Source: a virus (taxonomy: Duplodnaviria; Caudoviricetes). From it: a DNA stretch of 34,165 nt. Shown here piece after piece: positions 8,581-15,681 of this stretch. Every line of letters starts with the position of its first letter. Position 1 is the first letter of the stretch. Location of the stretch: positions 1-34,165 of the IMG/VR virus record IMGVR_UViG_3300032320_000196; one strand, 5' to 3'. The notes below the pieces were generated by a model that worked only from the letters and a program-made list of their open reading frames with translations, made no database searches and had not been told where the DNA came from. A program made the position numbers and the translations under genes.

Positions 8581-8612
8581 TAGGTGTTTACCCTCTACTA
8601 GTGTTTACCCTA
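8581..8612. promoter_or_regulatory. Two degenerate palindrome copies (3 and 4)
   Basis: TAGGTGTTTACCCT and TAGTGTTTACCCTA. Confidence 0.55.
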
Positions 8613-8849
8613 CTAGATCACTTGTCTAGGGCTATCCCTTTTCCTTTCGGGTAGGTTAGTTACAAACCCTATGCTTTCCAGTGGGCTATCTGTTCTATAT
8701 CCGATGCCATGCAAATACTGGTAAAGCTCCAGGATGTTTTCAAAACCCTTGCTGATATTCCCTTCACCAGCTGACAATAAAATCTGCAGCTTAGGGTTAT
8801 CTAGTTTCCTTCTAAACTGTATCGTGTCAACCTTAGGTGGTCGGGCCAT
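8613..8849 (-). CDS. Small putative DNA-binding regulator
   Basis: 78 aa with MARPPK start, divergent from the early operon; extended -10 TGCTAGAAT at 8889..8881. Confidence 0.6.
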   Translation of the reverse strand: MARPPKVDTIQFRRKLDNPKLQILLSAGEGNISKGFENILELYQYLHGIGYRTDSPLESIGFVTNLPERKRDSPRQVI

Positions 8850-8893
8850 TGTCTAAACCTTAAATAATTAAATTAAAATAATTCTAGCATCTA

Positions 8894-8935
8894 AGGGTTT
8901 GTCCTAATAGTTTTTTCTTTTTTTGTTGTTACTAT
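8894..8935 (+). promoter_or_regulatory. Early promoter: palindrome plus extended -10
   Basis: AGGGTTTGTCCT at 8894..8905; TG-T-TACTAT at 8927..8935; no -35 hexamer. Confidence 0.65.
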
Positions 8936-8978
8936 CCCTATACGTTCACAGTGAACGGGTAACTTAATAGGTGTCAAC

Positions 8979-9194
8979 ATGAAATATACAAAAGCTGTAG
9001 ATGTTTGGTCATTGTCTCAAGATCAGCGCAAACAATTACAAATTGGCCAATGGGTTATGGCAGGATCATCTAAGGGCCAATGGCTGGGCCAAAAGGCATC
9101 GGGTTCGGATGTTGCCGCATGGCATCACAAGGGAATTAAGGGCTGGAAATCTAAGGTTTCAACCCTTCGGGCCTATGCCAAAAACTGGAGCTAA
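8979..9194 (+). CDS. Early hypothetical protein (Trp-rich)
   Basis: 71 aa, AATAGGTGT leader. Confidence 0.75.
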   Translation: MKYTKAVDVWSLSQDQRKQLQIGQWVMAGSSKGQWLGQKASGSDVAAWHHKGIKGWKSKVSTLRAYAKNWS

Positions 9195-9197
9195 ACC

Positions 9198-9293
9198 ATG
9201 AAAAACACTTTTTTAGACTACATCACAGCCATTGCAATTGGCCTTCTACTTTGCATCGGTTTAATGGCATGGTTTGACATCCTGGTCAAATAA
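9198..9293 (+). CDS. Single-TM microprotein, 31 aa (MKNTFLDYITAIAIGLLLCIGLMAWFDILVK)
   Basis: Hand-translated; GGAG RBS. Confidence 0.65.
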   Translation: MKNTFLDYITAIAIGLLLCIGLMAWFDILVK

Positions 9294-9325
9294 TCTTAAA
9301 TTTTCTTTTTTAAATAGGTGTTCAC

Positions 9326-9760
9326 ATGGCAAAATTATCAGTACATGGGCAGGAAATTGGCAGAATTACAGCGTTGACTAGCGTAAAAGCTTATTTCAGC
9401 GATGGCAAAATTCTAAAAAATATCGGGTTTGGCTGGAAATTACATGCAAAAGTAAAAGAGGGTATCGATCCCAATTTTGCTTATGAAAAAGCGGTAACCC
9501 GTCAAAATGATTTTTTTGAAGGCAAACCAGCCCTTAAAGAGTATAAAAAAGCTTTGCATTCGCTTGCTGGGGTGAATAAACGCTGGAAATTGCACCAAAC
9601 CATTACCCTAATGTATGACGATAGCGATGGGGTTTGGTCAGAATGTTGCGATGGTTACAGCGAAAACGTACACGCTGATATCGATGAAATTTCACAATTG
9701 TGCGCTTTATATGTTGAAGCGCTGAATGAGATGAAAGAATTAACCGCTGAAACCGCTTAA
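9326..9760 (+). CDS. Early hypothetical protein
   Basis: 144 aa, AATAGGTGT leader. Confidence 0.75.
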   Translation: MAKLSVHGQEIGRITALTSVKAYFSDGKILKNIGFGWKLHAKVKEGIDPNFAYEKAVTRQNDFFEGKPALKEYKKALHSLAGVNKRWKLHQTITLMYDDSDGVWSECCDGYSENVHADIDEISQLCALYVEALNEMKELTAETA

Positions 9761-9832
9761 GGGTTTTTACTGATTTACTAGGGGTTTCATGCCCCTAGAA
9801 TTGTATTTTTTTAATATTAAATAGGTGTTCAT

Positions 9833-10480
9833 ATGATCAAAATCTCTCAAACTTCAAAATTAAATGCTAGATCATGGAGCTTGCAAGCCCTTGATACGTG
9901 CCCAGGCTCATGGGCTGCACCAGGTGAATTAGTAGATGCTTGCAAGGGCTGCTATGCCACTACGGGAAATTACAATTATCCTAATGTAAAAGCCCCAAGA
10001 TTGTCTAATCGGGAAGACTGGCAGCGTTTAGACTGGGTTTCCGATATGGTTAGTGAACTAGATCAAGATCGTTATTTCCGCTGGTTTGATTCTGGGGACG
10101 TTTACACTCTCGGGCTGGCTGAGAAAATTCTAGAAGTAATGATTCAAACCCCATGGGTGAACCATTGGCTGCCAACTAGGATGCACAAATTCCCCAAATT
10201 TGCCCATGTTTTCGCTCAAATGGAAGCTTTGCCCAATGTAAAGGTTAGATTTTCCAGCGATTCTATACAGGGTGAATATATTGAAGGTTTGCATGGTTCT
10301 GTTATTGGCCCTGATGCTGCCACATTTCAGGCAAGGGCTGGGGTTCAATTGTGCGAAGCTTATTTGAATGGGGGTAACTGTAACGGCTGCAGGGCTTGCT
10401 GGTCTAAAGATGTCCCACTGATCGCTTACCCTGCCCATGGCCAAAAAATGGCACGAGTTATCAAGTTAAAGCAAATTTGA
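9833..10480 (+). CDS. GP88-like Cys-rich (radical-SAM-related) protein
   Basis: TCPG...CKGCYA, FRWFDSGD, HWLPTR and C-terminal CNGCRACW motifs. Confidence 0.75.
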   Translation: MIKISQTSKLNARSWSLQALDTCPGSWAAPGELVDACKGCYATTGNYNYPNVKAPRLSNREDWQRLDWVSDMVSELDQDRYFRWFDSGDVYTLGLAEKILEVMIQTPWVNHWLPTRMHKFPKFAHVFAQMEALPNVKVRFSSDSIQGEYIEGLHGSVIGPDAATFQARAGVQLCEAYLNGGNCNGCRACWSKDVPLIAYPAHGQKMARVIKLKQI

Positions 10481-10490
10481 GGGGTTAAAA

Positions 10491-10661
10491 ATGTCACAAA
10501 TTGAAGCACTAACACAATGTCTAATTTTAGCCCTTACCGCTCCAAACGATAAAAAAGCCGATCAGGCAAGCGAACTAGCGGAAAAAATAGCCTTCGGGTT
10601 ATCAGCTGATCAAGTTGAAGCTTGCAAATTTGAAGCTCTAGAATTTGTGGGGTTTGAATGA
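10491..10661 (+). CDS. Hypothetical protein, 56 aa (MSQIEALTQCLILALTAPNDKKADQASELAE...)
   Basis: Hand-translated; GAGGGG RBS. Confidence 0.7.
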   Translation: MSQIEALTQCLILALTAPNDKKADQASELAEKIAFGLSADQVEACKFEALEFVGFE

Positions 10662-10711
10662 TCTATGCAATTGCAGCCCTAATCCTTAGAATACTCTCAG
10701 GAAAACGATAA
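10658..10711 (+). CDS. Possible 17-aa hydrophobic peptide (MIYAIAALILRILSGKR)
   Basis: ATGA-coupled to the previous ORF and ends just before the terminator. Confidence 0.4.
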   Translation: MIYAIAALILRILSGKR

Positions 10712-10717
10712 ACCTAG

Positions 10718-10778
10718 AACCCGCCTAATGAGCGGGTTTTTTGTTGTCTAAAATCTAAGCCTTTACGGGCTTTTTTTT
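10718..10778 (+). terminator. Two tandem rho-independent terminators ending the early operon
   Basis: AACCCGC-CTAATGA-GCGGGTT-TTTT and AAGCCT-TTAC-GGGCTT-TTTTTT. Confidence 0.85.
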
Positions 10779-10818
10779 GGTTTATGCTGCCCAACTATTA
10801 ACCCATGCTTAAAAACGC

Positions 10819-11109
10819 CTAGAAAGGGCTTTTAGACCCTTTGGTGGGCATTTCCTCGCACAATCTGCGGATGGTTTCATTCAGTGCGTCTATTTCTTCC
10901 ATTTTATTGATAGCCCATGCACGTTTTTGCCCATGCCATCCCATTACTGGATTTCGGTGGCAATCAACACAAAGGGCTATGCAAGTATATTGCAGCCCTT
11001 GTTTATAGTGATGTGCCTCGCTTGGTGGTGGTGCTTCGCAAACTGAACAGGGCAAAGACTTGACCCTTGCTAGGTGTAGCCTTTCCTTTGCGTTCAATTT
11101 GTTGTTCAT
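10819..11109 (-). CDS. Zn-finger HNH-like nuclease (DUF968/Ref-like)
   Basis: LPCSVC..EAHH..IALCVDCH pattern. Confidence 0.7.
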   Translation of the reverse strand: MNNKLNAKERLHLARVKSLPCSVCEAPPPSEAHHYKQGLQYTCIALCVDCHRNPVMGWHGQKRAWAINKMEEIDALNETIRRLCEEMPTKGSKSPF

Positions 11110-11432
11110 TGGGTGTTTTTTATTTCATGCCTGGCACTGTATTGCTCGGTTCTATATACCTCAATGCGGGTTTGTGCTGCGGTCATAAGCCAACGATAAC
11201 GCTCTTCCAATTCGACTGCCTCCCTGATGCCCTCTAATATCTGAATGTAATCAGGGTGAGCATAGGCATAGGTTTCCTGCTTTCCTAAAACCTCAGTTCC
11301 CGCTTGTGACATGAGCTGGGCTTTTCGGCTTTTTCTGAATTCCTCTAAGTACATCCTAGTGGCCTTGGCCTTACTGTAAAGGGGTGCAGTGTCAATCAGG
11401 AATTGCACCGCCTTGTGTGGGTTATCACTCAT
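11106..11432 (-). CDS. Helical hypothetical protein (nin-like region)
   Basis: 108 aa, ATGA-coupled. Confidence 0.75.
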   Translation of the reverse strand: MSDNPHKAVQFLIDTAPLYSKAKATRMYLEEFRKSRKAQLMSQAGTEVLGKQETYAYAHPDYIQILEGIREAVELEERYRWLMTAAQTRIEVYRTEQYSARHEIKNTQ

Positions 11433-11677
11433 GTTCTTTCCCTGATCGCATCCATGTGAACATAGCCAGTTGAAGCATCCAAAATTTCGATTATTTCATT
11501 GCGTTCATGCTCTGCTACCAGTTTGGCAAAGCGTTCTAAGTGTTCGGTTAAATCATTTTTAAGGTGTTCGGTTAACTTGAAGTCTTCCTGATTGGATGGG
11601 CTATAGGCTTCATCGTCTTCAATATAAAACCTAGCCTCTTTTGCCATGCGGATAATGTCTTTTTTAGTCATGCTCAT
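11429..11677 (-). CDS. Hypothetical protein (MTKKDIIRMAKEA...LERFAKLVAEHER)
   Basis: 82 aa, overlaps both neighbours. Confidence 0.7.
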   Translation of the reverse strand: MSMTKKDIIRMAKEARFYIEDDEAYSPSNQEDFKLTEHLKNDLTEHLERFAKLVAEHERNEIIEILDASTGYVHMDAIRERT

Positions 11678-11918
11678 TTCTTTCCCTCAATAATGCAATG
11701 GCTTGCCCTACTGCACTCTGTTGACCTAAGTTTTCGTTATAAAACAAATCTGTTAGTTCATCACTGGTTAGCCCAATCCAAGGGCGTTCATGCTTTGCAA
11801 CCAGTTCGGCAAAGGCTTGTAATTGCTCAGTGTAAAAAGAGTAAATGTATTCACCATTTGGATGAACACCAAAGGCGGCAGTTTGCTTTGCCATCTTTTC
11901 GAGTTCATCTAGCTTCAT
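11664..11918 (-). CDS. Hypothetical protein (LQAFAELVAKHER...WIGLTSDE)
   Basis: 84 aa, coupled; shares a motif with its neighbour. Confidence 0.7.
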   Translation of the reverse strand: MKLDELEKMAKQTAAFGVHPNGEYIYSFYTEQLQAFAELVAKHERPWIGLTSDELTDLFYNENLGQQSAVGQAIALLRERNEHD

Positions 11919-12151
11919 ACATCCTCCAACTTATAGTTGAGTTTGTGATTTTGAAACCGCATAGAAGCCTCAATGTCTAATTCTTTGAATTGTTCATCAG
12001 AGAATAGCCCAATGACGTTTCTACCCTCAAACCACACCTCTTTGATGGATTCGTTATAGGTTGTCTCTCCATCGTTTTCATACTCATAAACGACAGTAAC
12101 AATCTCGCTACCTGCGCCTGTAGTTGTGTCAAATTCCCAAGTTTTTTCCAT
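11915..12151 (-). CDS. Acidic hypothetical protein
   Basis: 78 aa, AGGAG RBS, own promoter. Confidence 0.75.
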   Translation of the reverse strand: MEKTWEFDTTTGAGSEIVTVVYEYENDGETTYNESIKEVWFEGRNVIGLFSDEQFKELDIEASMRFQNHKLNYKLEDV

Positions 12152-12174
12152 GATTCACTCCTGTTAAAAATTAA

Positions 12175-12216
12175 ATATTATCAAATTGTTTGCGTAATAC
12201 CATAGGGATTTACCCT
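12175..12216 (-). promoter_or_regulatory. Promoter: palindrome plus extended -10
   Basis: AGGGTAAATCCCT at 12216..12204; TG-A-TAATAT with hexamer at 12180..12175. Confidence 0.6.
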
Positions 12217-13013
12217 TAGTCTCCGCAAAAACAAGCAATGGTTTCTTCATTCTTGTCAAACATATCAATTTGGCTTTTCCCGTAATTCATCATTTGGGTG
12301 TAGTCGGGTTTGTCTTTTGAGAATCGACCGCCAATTTTCTTCTCTTGTTCTGCCCACCAAATAGCCCTTTCAGGTTCTCTTTGAATAATGCTTGCAAGTT
12401 GGTGTGCGCCCTTCATAAAGCACAAATCACAATTCCCAAGTGGCGTTACTTTGTCCCTGAATTCAATGCCCAAGTCAAAACTATGATTCTTCCAAAAGCC
12501 CTGGACATCTGTTTGCGTGATTCCTGCAATAGCAAGTGGCGCATGGAGGGTTTCTCTCAGCTTTACCACCCTTCTCGGTTCGTCTGCCCTTATCCCTGCC
12601 AAGGTCTGAAATTCATCAATCCCGATTGAAGCCATGTATCGGGTAATCGGGTGGATTTTTAGTTCTGTCGTACAGAATCGCATGACAGGGTTTGGTAAAA
12701 ACTGCTTGCTGGCAATGATTTCAGCAAATGGTTCGCCATTCCTGCTTGCAGTTTCATAGTTAACCACCTTGAACTTAGGCTGATCTTTAGTGAATTCAAG
12801 CCAAACAATCGGCACATTCCAATGCTTTTCTATGTCTCTTACAAAATCAAGGGTGGCTTCGTGTTCTTTTCCAGTATTGCAGAAGATAGCCTTTGCTTCG
12901 GGCGGTAGGCTCATGTGGTGAGCTTCTAAAACCTTGTAAAGCATAAAAGCAGAAGTTCTGCCACCTGAAAAGCTAATTACAGTTGGCTCTAAGATTTCAA
13001 ACGGGTTTTTCAT
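12216..13013 (-). CDS. PAPS-reductase-family (PP-loop) protein
   Basis: SFSGGRTS PP-loop, NTGKE, RFCT..LK, GIRADE, GNCDLCF; likely start MKNPF coupled to rusA. Confidence 0.85.
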   Translation of the reverse strand: MKNPFEILEPTVISFSGGRTSAFMLYKVLEAHHMSLPPEAKAIFCNTGKEHEATLDFVRDIEKHWNVPIVWLEFTKDQPKFKVVNYETASRNGEPFAEIIASKQFLPNPVMRFCTTELKIHPITRYMASIGIDEFQTLAGIRADEPRRVVKLRETLHAPLAIAGITQTDVQGFWKNHSFDLGIEFRDKVTPLGNCDLCFMKGAHQLASIIQREPERAIWWAEQEKKIGGRFSKDKPDYTQMMNYGKSQIDMFDKNEETIACFCGD

Positions 13014-13438
13014 TCCAAACACTCCTTAACGCAAATATCAACACCTGGCAGACTCGAATAAACCTTCGTAACGTGGATATTTATGATCTGCGAGTCGTCA
13101 TGGTAGACAACCCCATTCATGCCATCTTCTACACTTTTTAGGATATTGCTTGCGTCAGGCTTCTTTGTTGGCTTCTCTGTCCCGTTATCAATGGCTTCTA
13201 GTCGCTTTTTGGTGCATGACTTAGGGATTGGCACTCGAATGTACAGATAAAGGCTCACAGGGGTTTCTAGCGGTTCTGAGCTGCCCATGGCCTCGATTGC
13301 AGCATCTTTGATTAAAGTCTCATAGGTTCTTGTCTTCTCAGGGGTGTAAGTTTGCACAAAGTTTCCCCTCTTGACGTATCTAGCCCTTTGTTTGCCAACA
13401 GGGTTAGCGTCTACTTTAAAATTGACCATGAATGTCAT
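13010..13438 (-). CDS. rusA: RusA Holliday junction resolvase
   Basis: KPDASNILKSVEDGMNGVVYHDDSQI catalytic motif. Confidence 0.9.
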   Translation of the reverse strand: MTFMVNFKVDANPVGKQRARYVKRGNFVQTYTPEKTRTYETLIKDAAIEAMGSSEPLETPVSLYLYIRVPIPKSCTKKRLEAIDNGTEKPTKKPDASNILKSVEDGMNGVVYHDDSQIINIHVTKVYSSLPGVDICVKECLE

Positions 13439-13647
13439 AAAAGTGTTCCTTCTCTCATTTGTGCCATGTAAGTGCGAATTCGATCTCTTGCACCAGTTCC
13501 ATAGATTCTTTCTGCCCTCTCAAGCCTTGCCCTGATGAGATCACGATTCTTTCCCCACTCCCAGTTGCGATAAAGCTCTCTTGCCTCGGCTTTCTCAAGA
13601 ATTACTCTATCGCTTGGGCCTTGAATGTTACGTCTGCTCCAAGTCAC
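13435..13647 (-). CDS. Hypothetical protein
   Basis: 70 aa, coupled to rusA. Confidence 0.6.
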   Translation of the reverse strand: MTWSRRNIQGPSDRVILEKAEARELYRNWEWGKNRDLIRARLERAERIYGTGARDRIRTYMAQMREGTLL

Positions 13648-13741
13648 CAGTAAGCTCCAATGCTTTGTTTATCAGGTGTAATGGGTAAGGAACACCCTCT
13701 TTGACTTTATCTAGCAGTCTCATGGCTTCAAAGTAGTTCAT
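13628..13741 (-). CDS. Microprotein, 37 aa (MNYFEAMRLLDKVKEGVPYPLHLINKALELTGDLEQT)
   Basis: Hand-translated; ATGA-coupled to the initiator gene. Confidence 0.65.
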   Translation of the reverse strand: MNYFEAMRLLDKVKEGVPYPLHLINKALELTGDLEQT

Positions 13742-14502
13742 GCTTTTTTCACTTGTTTAGCAAACTGACGAACAAAATCAGGCATAGGTGCTGCATTTTT
13801 TGCATCAGCAATAATCTTTAAAAGTTGAGGGTCAGGCTCATTTTTACTCGGAACTGTGATCCTCACGATGTCGGCAGGGTTTGCTTTTGTCGCAACCCAA
13901 TCTGCTTTAAATGCTTGCCAACCACGCACAATACATTCCTCTAGGGCTTTCTCTAAAGTCCATCCAGCCTTGTTTGCTTCATTGGTTAAGGCATCAATAG
14001 CTCTTTGGGTTATCGGGGCTTTCTTGGCTTTCCTCAAAGATTTGAATTCCTGCCAAACAGAATCAGAAACGCCTTCAGGCGGTGCAACGATAGTTGCTTT
14101 CTTTTTGTGTTCTGTGTCTTGTGTTATAGGTAATGTGTTATGTGTAGCATTGCCTTCGGATTGCGTTTGCAATGCGTTCGCATCCTTTGGTTTACTCCAT
14201 CTTGCTTTAGCAGAAGCACTTGCCTTCTGAGATTTGTCGCCAACCTTCTCAATTTCCTTGTTGGCACGATGATGAATCCATCCGTCTGGAGTGCGCTCAA
14301 AAAACTCTTGCAATACAGTCGCAATGCAGTCGCTATGCGTTCGCATACGAATCTGCCTAGAAACCTCATTTAGATCAAGTGGTATTGAAGATTCATGCAA
14401 ATAGTACCAATCAAGCAATCGCCTGTAGGTCAAATCCTCTATCTCAGAAAGGTGCATGGTGTGACTGTTGTAGTCACCAATATTGAACTGGTAGTAGTGC
14501 AT
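13738..14502 (-). CDS. Replication initiator, YdaU/DUF1376 family
   Basis: MHYYQFNIGDY..T.HLS..E...YRRLLDWYY N-terminus; internal iterons. Confidence 0.85.
   Translation of the reverse strand: MHYYQFNIGDYNSHTMHLSEIEDLTYRRLLDWYYLHESSIPLDLNEVSRQIRMRTHSDCIATVLQEFFERTPDGWIHHRANKEIEKVGDKSQKASASAKARWSKPKDANALQTQSEGNATHNTLPITQDTEHKKKATIVAPPEGVSDSVWQEFKSLRKAKKAPITQRAIDALTNEANKAGWTLEKALEECIVRGWQAFKADWVATKANPADIVRITVPSKNEPDPQLLKIIADAKNAAPMPDFVRQFAKQVKKA
14104..14346. repeat. Putative replication origin (iterons inside the initiator gene)
   Basis: Two clusters of three 11-mers (ATGCGAACGCA-like, 14314..14346 and 14151..14183) plus six 7-mers ACACAnn (14104..14145). Confidence 0.7.
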
Positions 14503-14594
14503 ATATTCCGCTTTTTAAACCACCCTTAGAAGGAATTGCCAGCAGGAGAAGGGTTAACTCTTTTCGGTGCGCTCATGACTTCGCACCTAGCTGG
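14503..14594 (-). ncRNA. Structured 5' leader of the initiator gene (candidate cis-regulatory RNA)
   Basis: CCAGC/GCTGG closing stem and GGTGCG-AAGTCATGAG-CGCACC hairpin. Confidence 0.45.
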
Positions 14595-14599
14595 ATTCC

Positions 14600-14628
14600 A
14601 TAATATCAAACTAATTCTACTTTGTAAA
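14600..14628 (-). promoter_or_regulatory. Sigma70 promoter for the replication operon
   Basis: TTTACA-17 bp-TATTAT with TG extension. Confidence 0.75.
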
Positions 14629-14629
14629 C

Positions 14630-14992
14630 TCAAATAAATTGATTGTTAGTTATTTCATTTGTTGGTTTTCTGCCAAACAAACGAATAGCCTGTGCGTTCA
14701 TAGAAGCATATTCAGACTTAGTGAAAATGCCTTTTGCGTTCCTGATGTCAAACGGGTTTAGCAGATCACGAGGCTCTTCTACCTTTTCAGCCTCAATCAT
14801 GTGTGGCTCTAGGGTGTACTGAGAAACCCAAGAACGACCCATCTTAATTTTGCCAATTTTTAGCTTCTTTTTGTAGCTCATTTTTGTGCAACAAGCTGCA
14901 ATAGATAGTCTTGGTATGCCTGTTAAATCCTCTATTTGGTAGGACGTAAGTGGGCCGTTTTGTAATGCTCTGATTACTGCTTCTTGGGTCAT
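14630..14992 (-). CDS. Winged-HTH DNA-binding protein
   Basis: LQNGPLTSYQIEDLTGIPRLSI HTH pattern. Confidence 0.7.
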   Translation of the reverse strand: MTQEAVIRALQNGPLTSYQIEDLTGIPRLSIAACCTKMSYKKKLKIGKIKMGRSWVSQYTLEPHMIEAEKVEEPRDLLNPFDIRNAKGIFTKSEYASMNAQAIRLFGRKPTNEITNNQFI

Positions 14993-15168
14993 TTGTAAAG
15001 GTTCTCCAGGTTGATTGTTCGGTTTAGATGGAGTTCTAGCGTTCTGGCAAGCAAAGCTGTTACAGCCGCATCAAAGTCCTCTGGTTCGGTTGTATAAGCA
15101 TCTGTCATTGTTTGAGAGTACCCAAGCAAGGCTTCAGCGCATCTTTTTTCAAGTATTTCAGTTTTCAT
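14989..15168 (-). CDS. Hypothetical protein, 59 aa (MKTEILEKRCAEALLGYSQTMTDAY...), probably leaderless
   Basis: Hand-translated; ATG 7 nt after -10 TAGTAT; coupled to the wHTH gene. Confidence 0.7.
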   Translation of the reverse strand: MKTEILEKRCAEALLGYSQTMTDAYTTEPEDFDAAVTALLARTLELHLNRTINLENLYK

Positions 15169-15175
15169 GCTCAGA

Positions 15176-15248
15176 ATACTACTGTTGTTTTTATGCTTGT
15201 CTATTAGGGTTTATCCTAGTATAAAAAGATAAAAAGGTGTGGCACATT
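15176..15248. promoter_or_regulatory. Divergent promoter pair sharing a central palindrome
   Basis: TAGGGTTTATCCTA at 15205..15218; minus -10 TAGTAT at 15181..15176; plus TG-G-CACATT with hexamer at 15243..15248. Confidence 0.6.
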
Positions 15249-15291
15249 ATGGGTGTGGGCAAACAGTAGCCCACGTTTAACAGGAGTAAAT

Positions 15292-15492
15292 ATGCCGATT
15301 CTTAATGGAAAAATGGTTGTAGACCTAGAAGTAGATGGAGTAGATAGCAGAGACTTTCCAGACTTCTCTGATGCCTACTTTTCAAGTGGATGTTATGAAG
15401 ATGGAACACCATTGACAGAAGATGAGTTAAACAAGCTCACCGATCTGGCGGGTGATGTTCTGTGGACAATGGCTTATGAAAGTTTCCACTAA
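15292..15492 (+). CDS. Acidic hypothetical protein (DSRDFPDFSDAY)
   Basis: Start MPILNGK after AGGAG. Confidence 0.75.
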   Translation: MPILNGKMVVDLEVDGVDSRDFPDFSDAYFSSGCYEDGTPLTEDELNKLTDLAGDVLWTMAYESFH

Positions 15493-15680
15493 TGAAAACA
15501 GTATTTGTACAGTATTCTGAACATTTTTCAGACATCCACTACTGCCCTTATTGCCTGACAATCAAGGGAAACAAAATAGTTTGCTGCCAAGAAGCAGACT
15601 TTATCGAGTTCAAGGATTTATATCCTGAACAACAAAAAGAGATTATTCAACAAGAGTTAAACGAAAATCAAAGGAGTTAA
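15492..15680 (+). CDS. Small Cys-containing protein (YCPYC...CCQE)
   Basis: 62 aa, coupled. Confidence 0.7.
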   Translation: MKTVFVQYSEHFSDIHYCPYCLTIKGNKIVCCQEADFIEFKDLYPEQQKEIIQQELNENQRS

Positions 15681-15681
15681 T

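Noticed and set aside
9778-9798. CTAGGGG/CCCCTAG inverted repeat as another copy of the activator palindrome
   Set aside because: Different spacing and core; more likely an intergenic mRNA hairpin
12216-13013. Dnd phosphorothioation system or sulfur-metabolism gene
   Set aside because: No dndA/B/D/E or other cys genes present
14510-14600. tRNA gene
   Set aside because: Multi-stem but lacks the TTCRA T-loop and cloverleaf geometry
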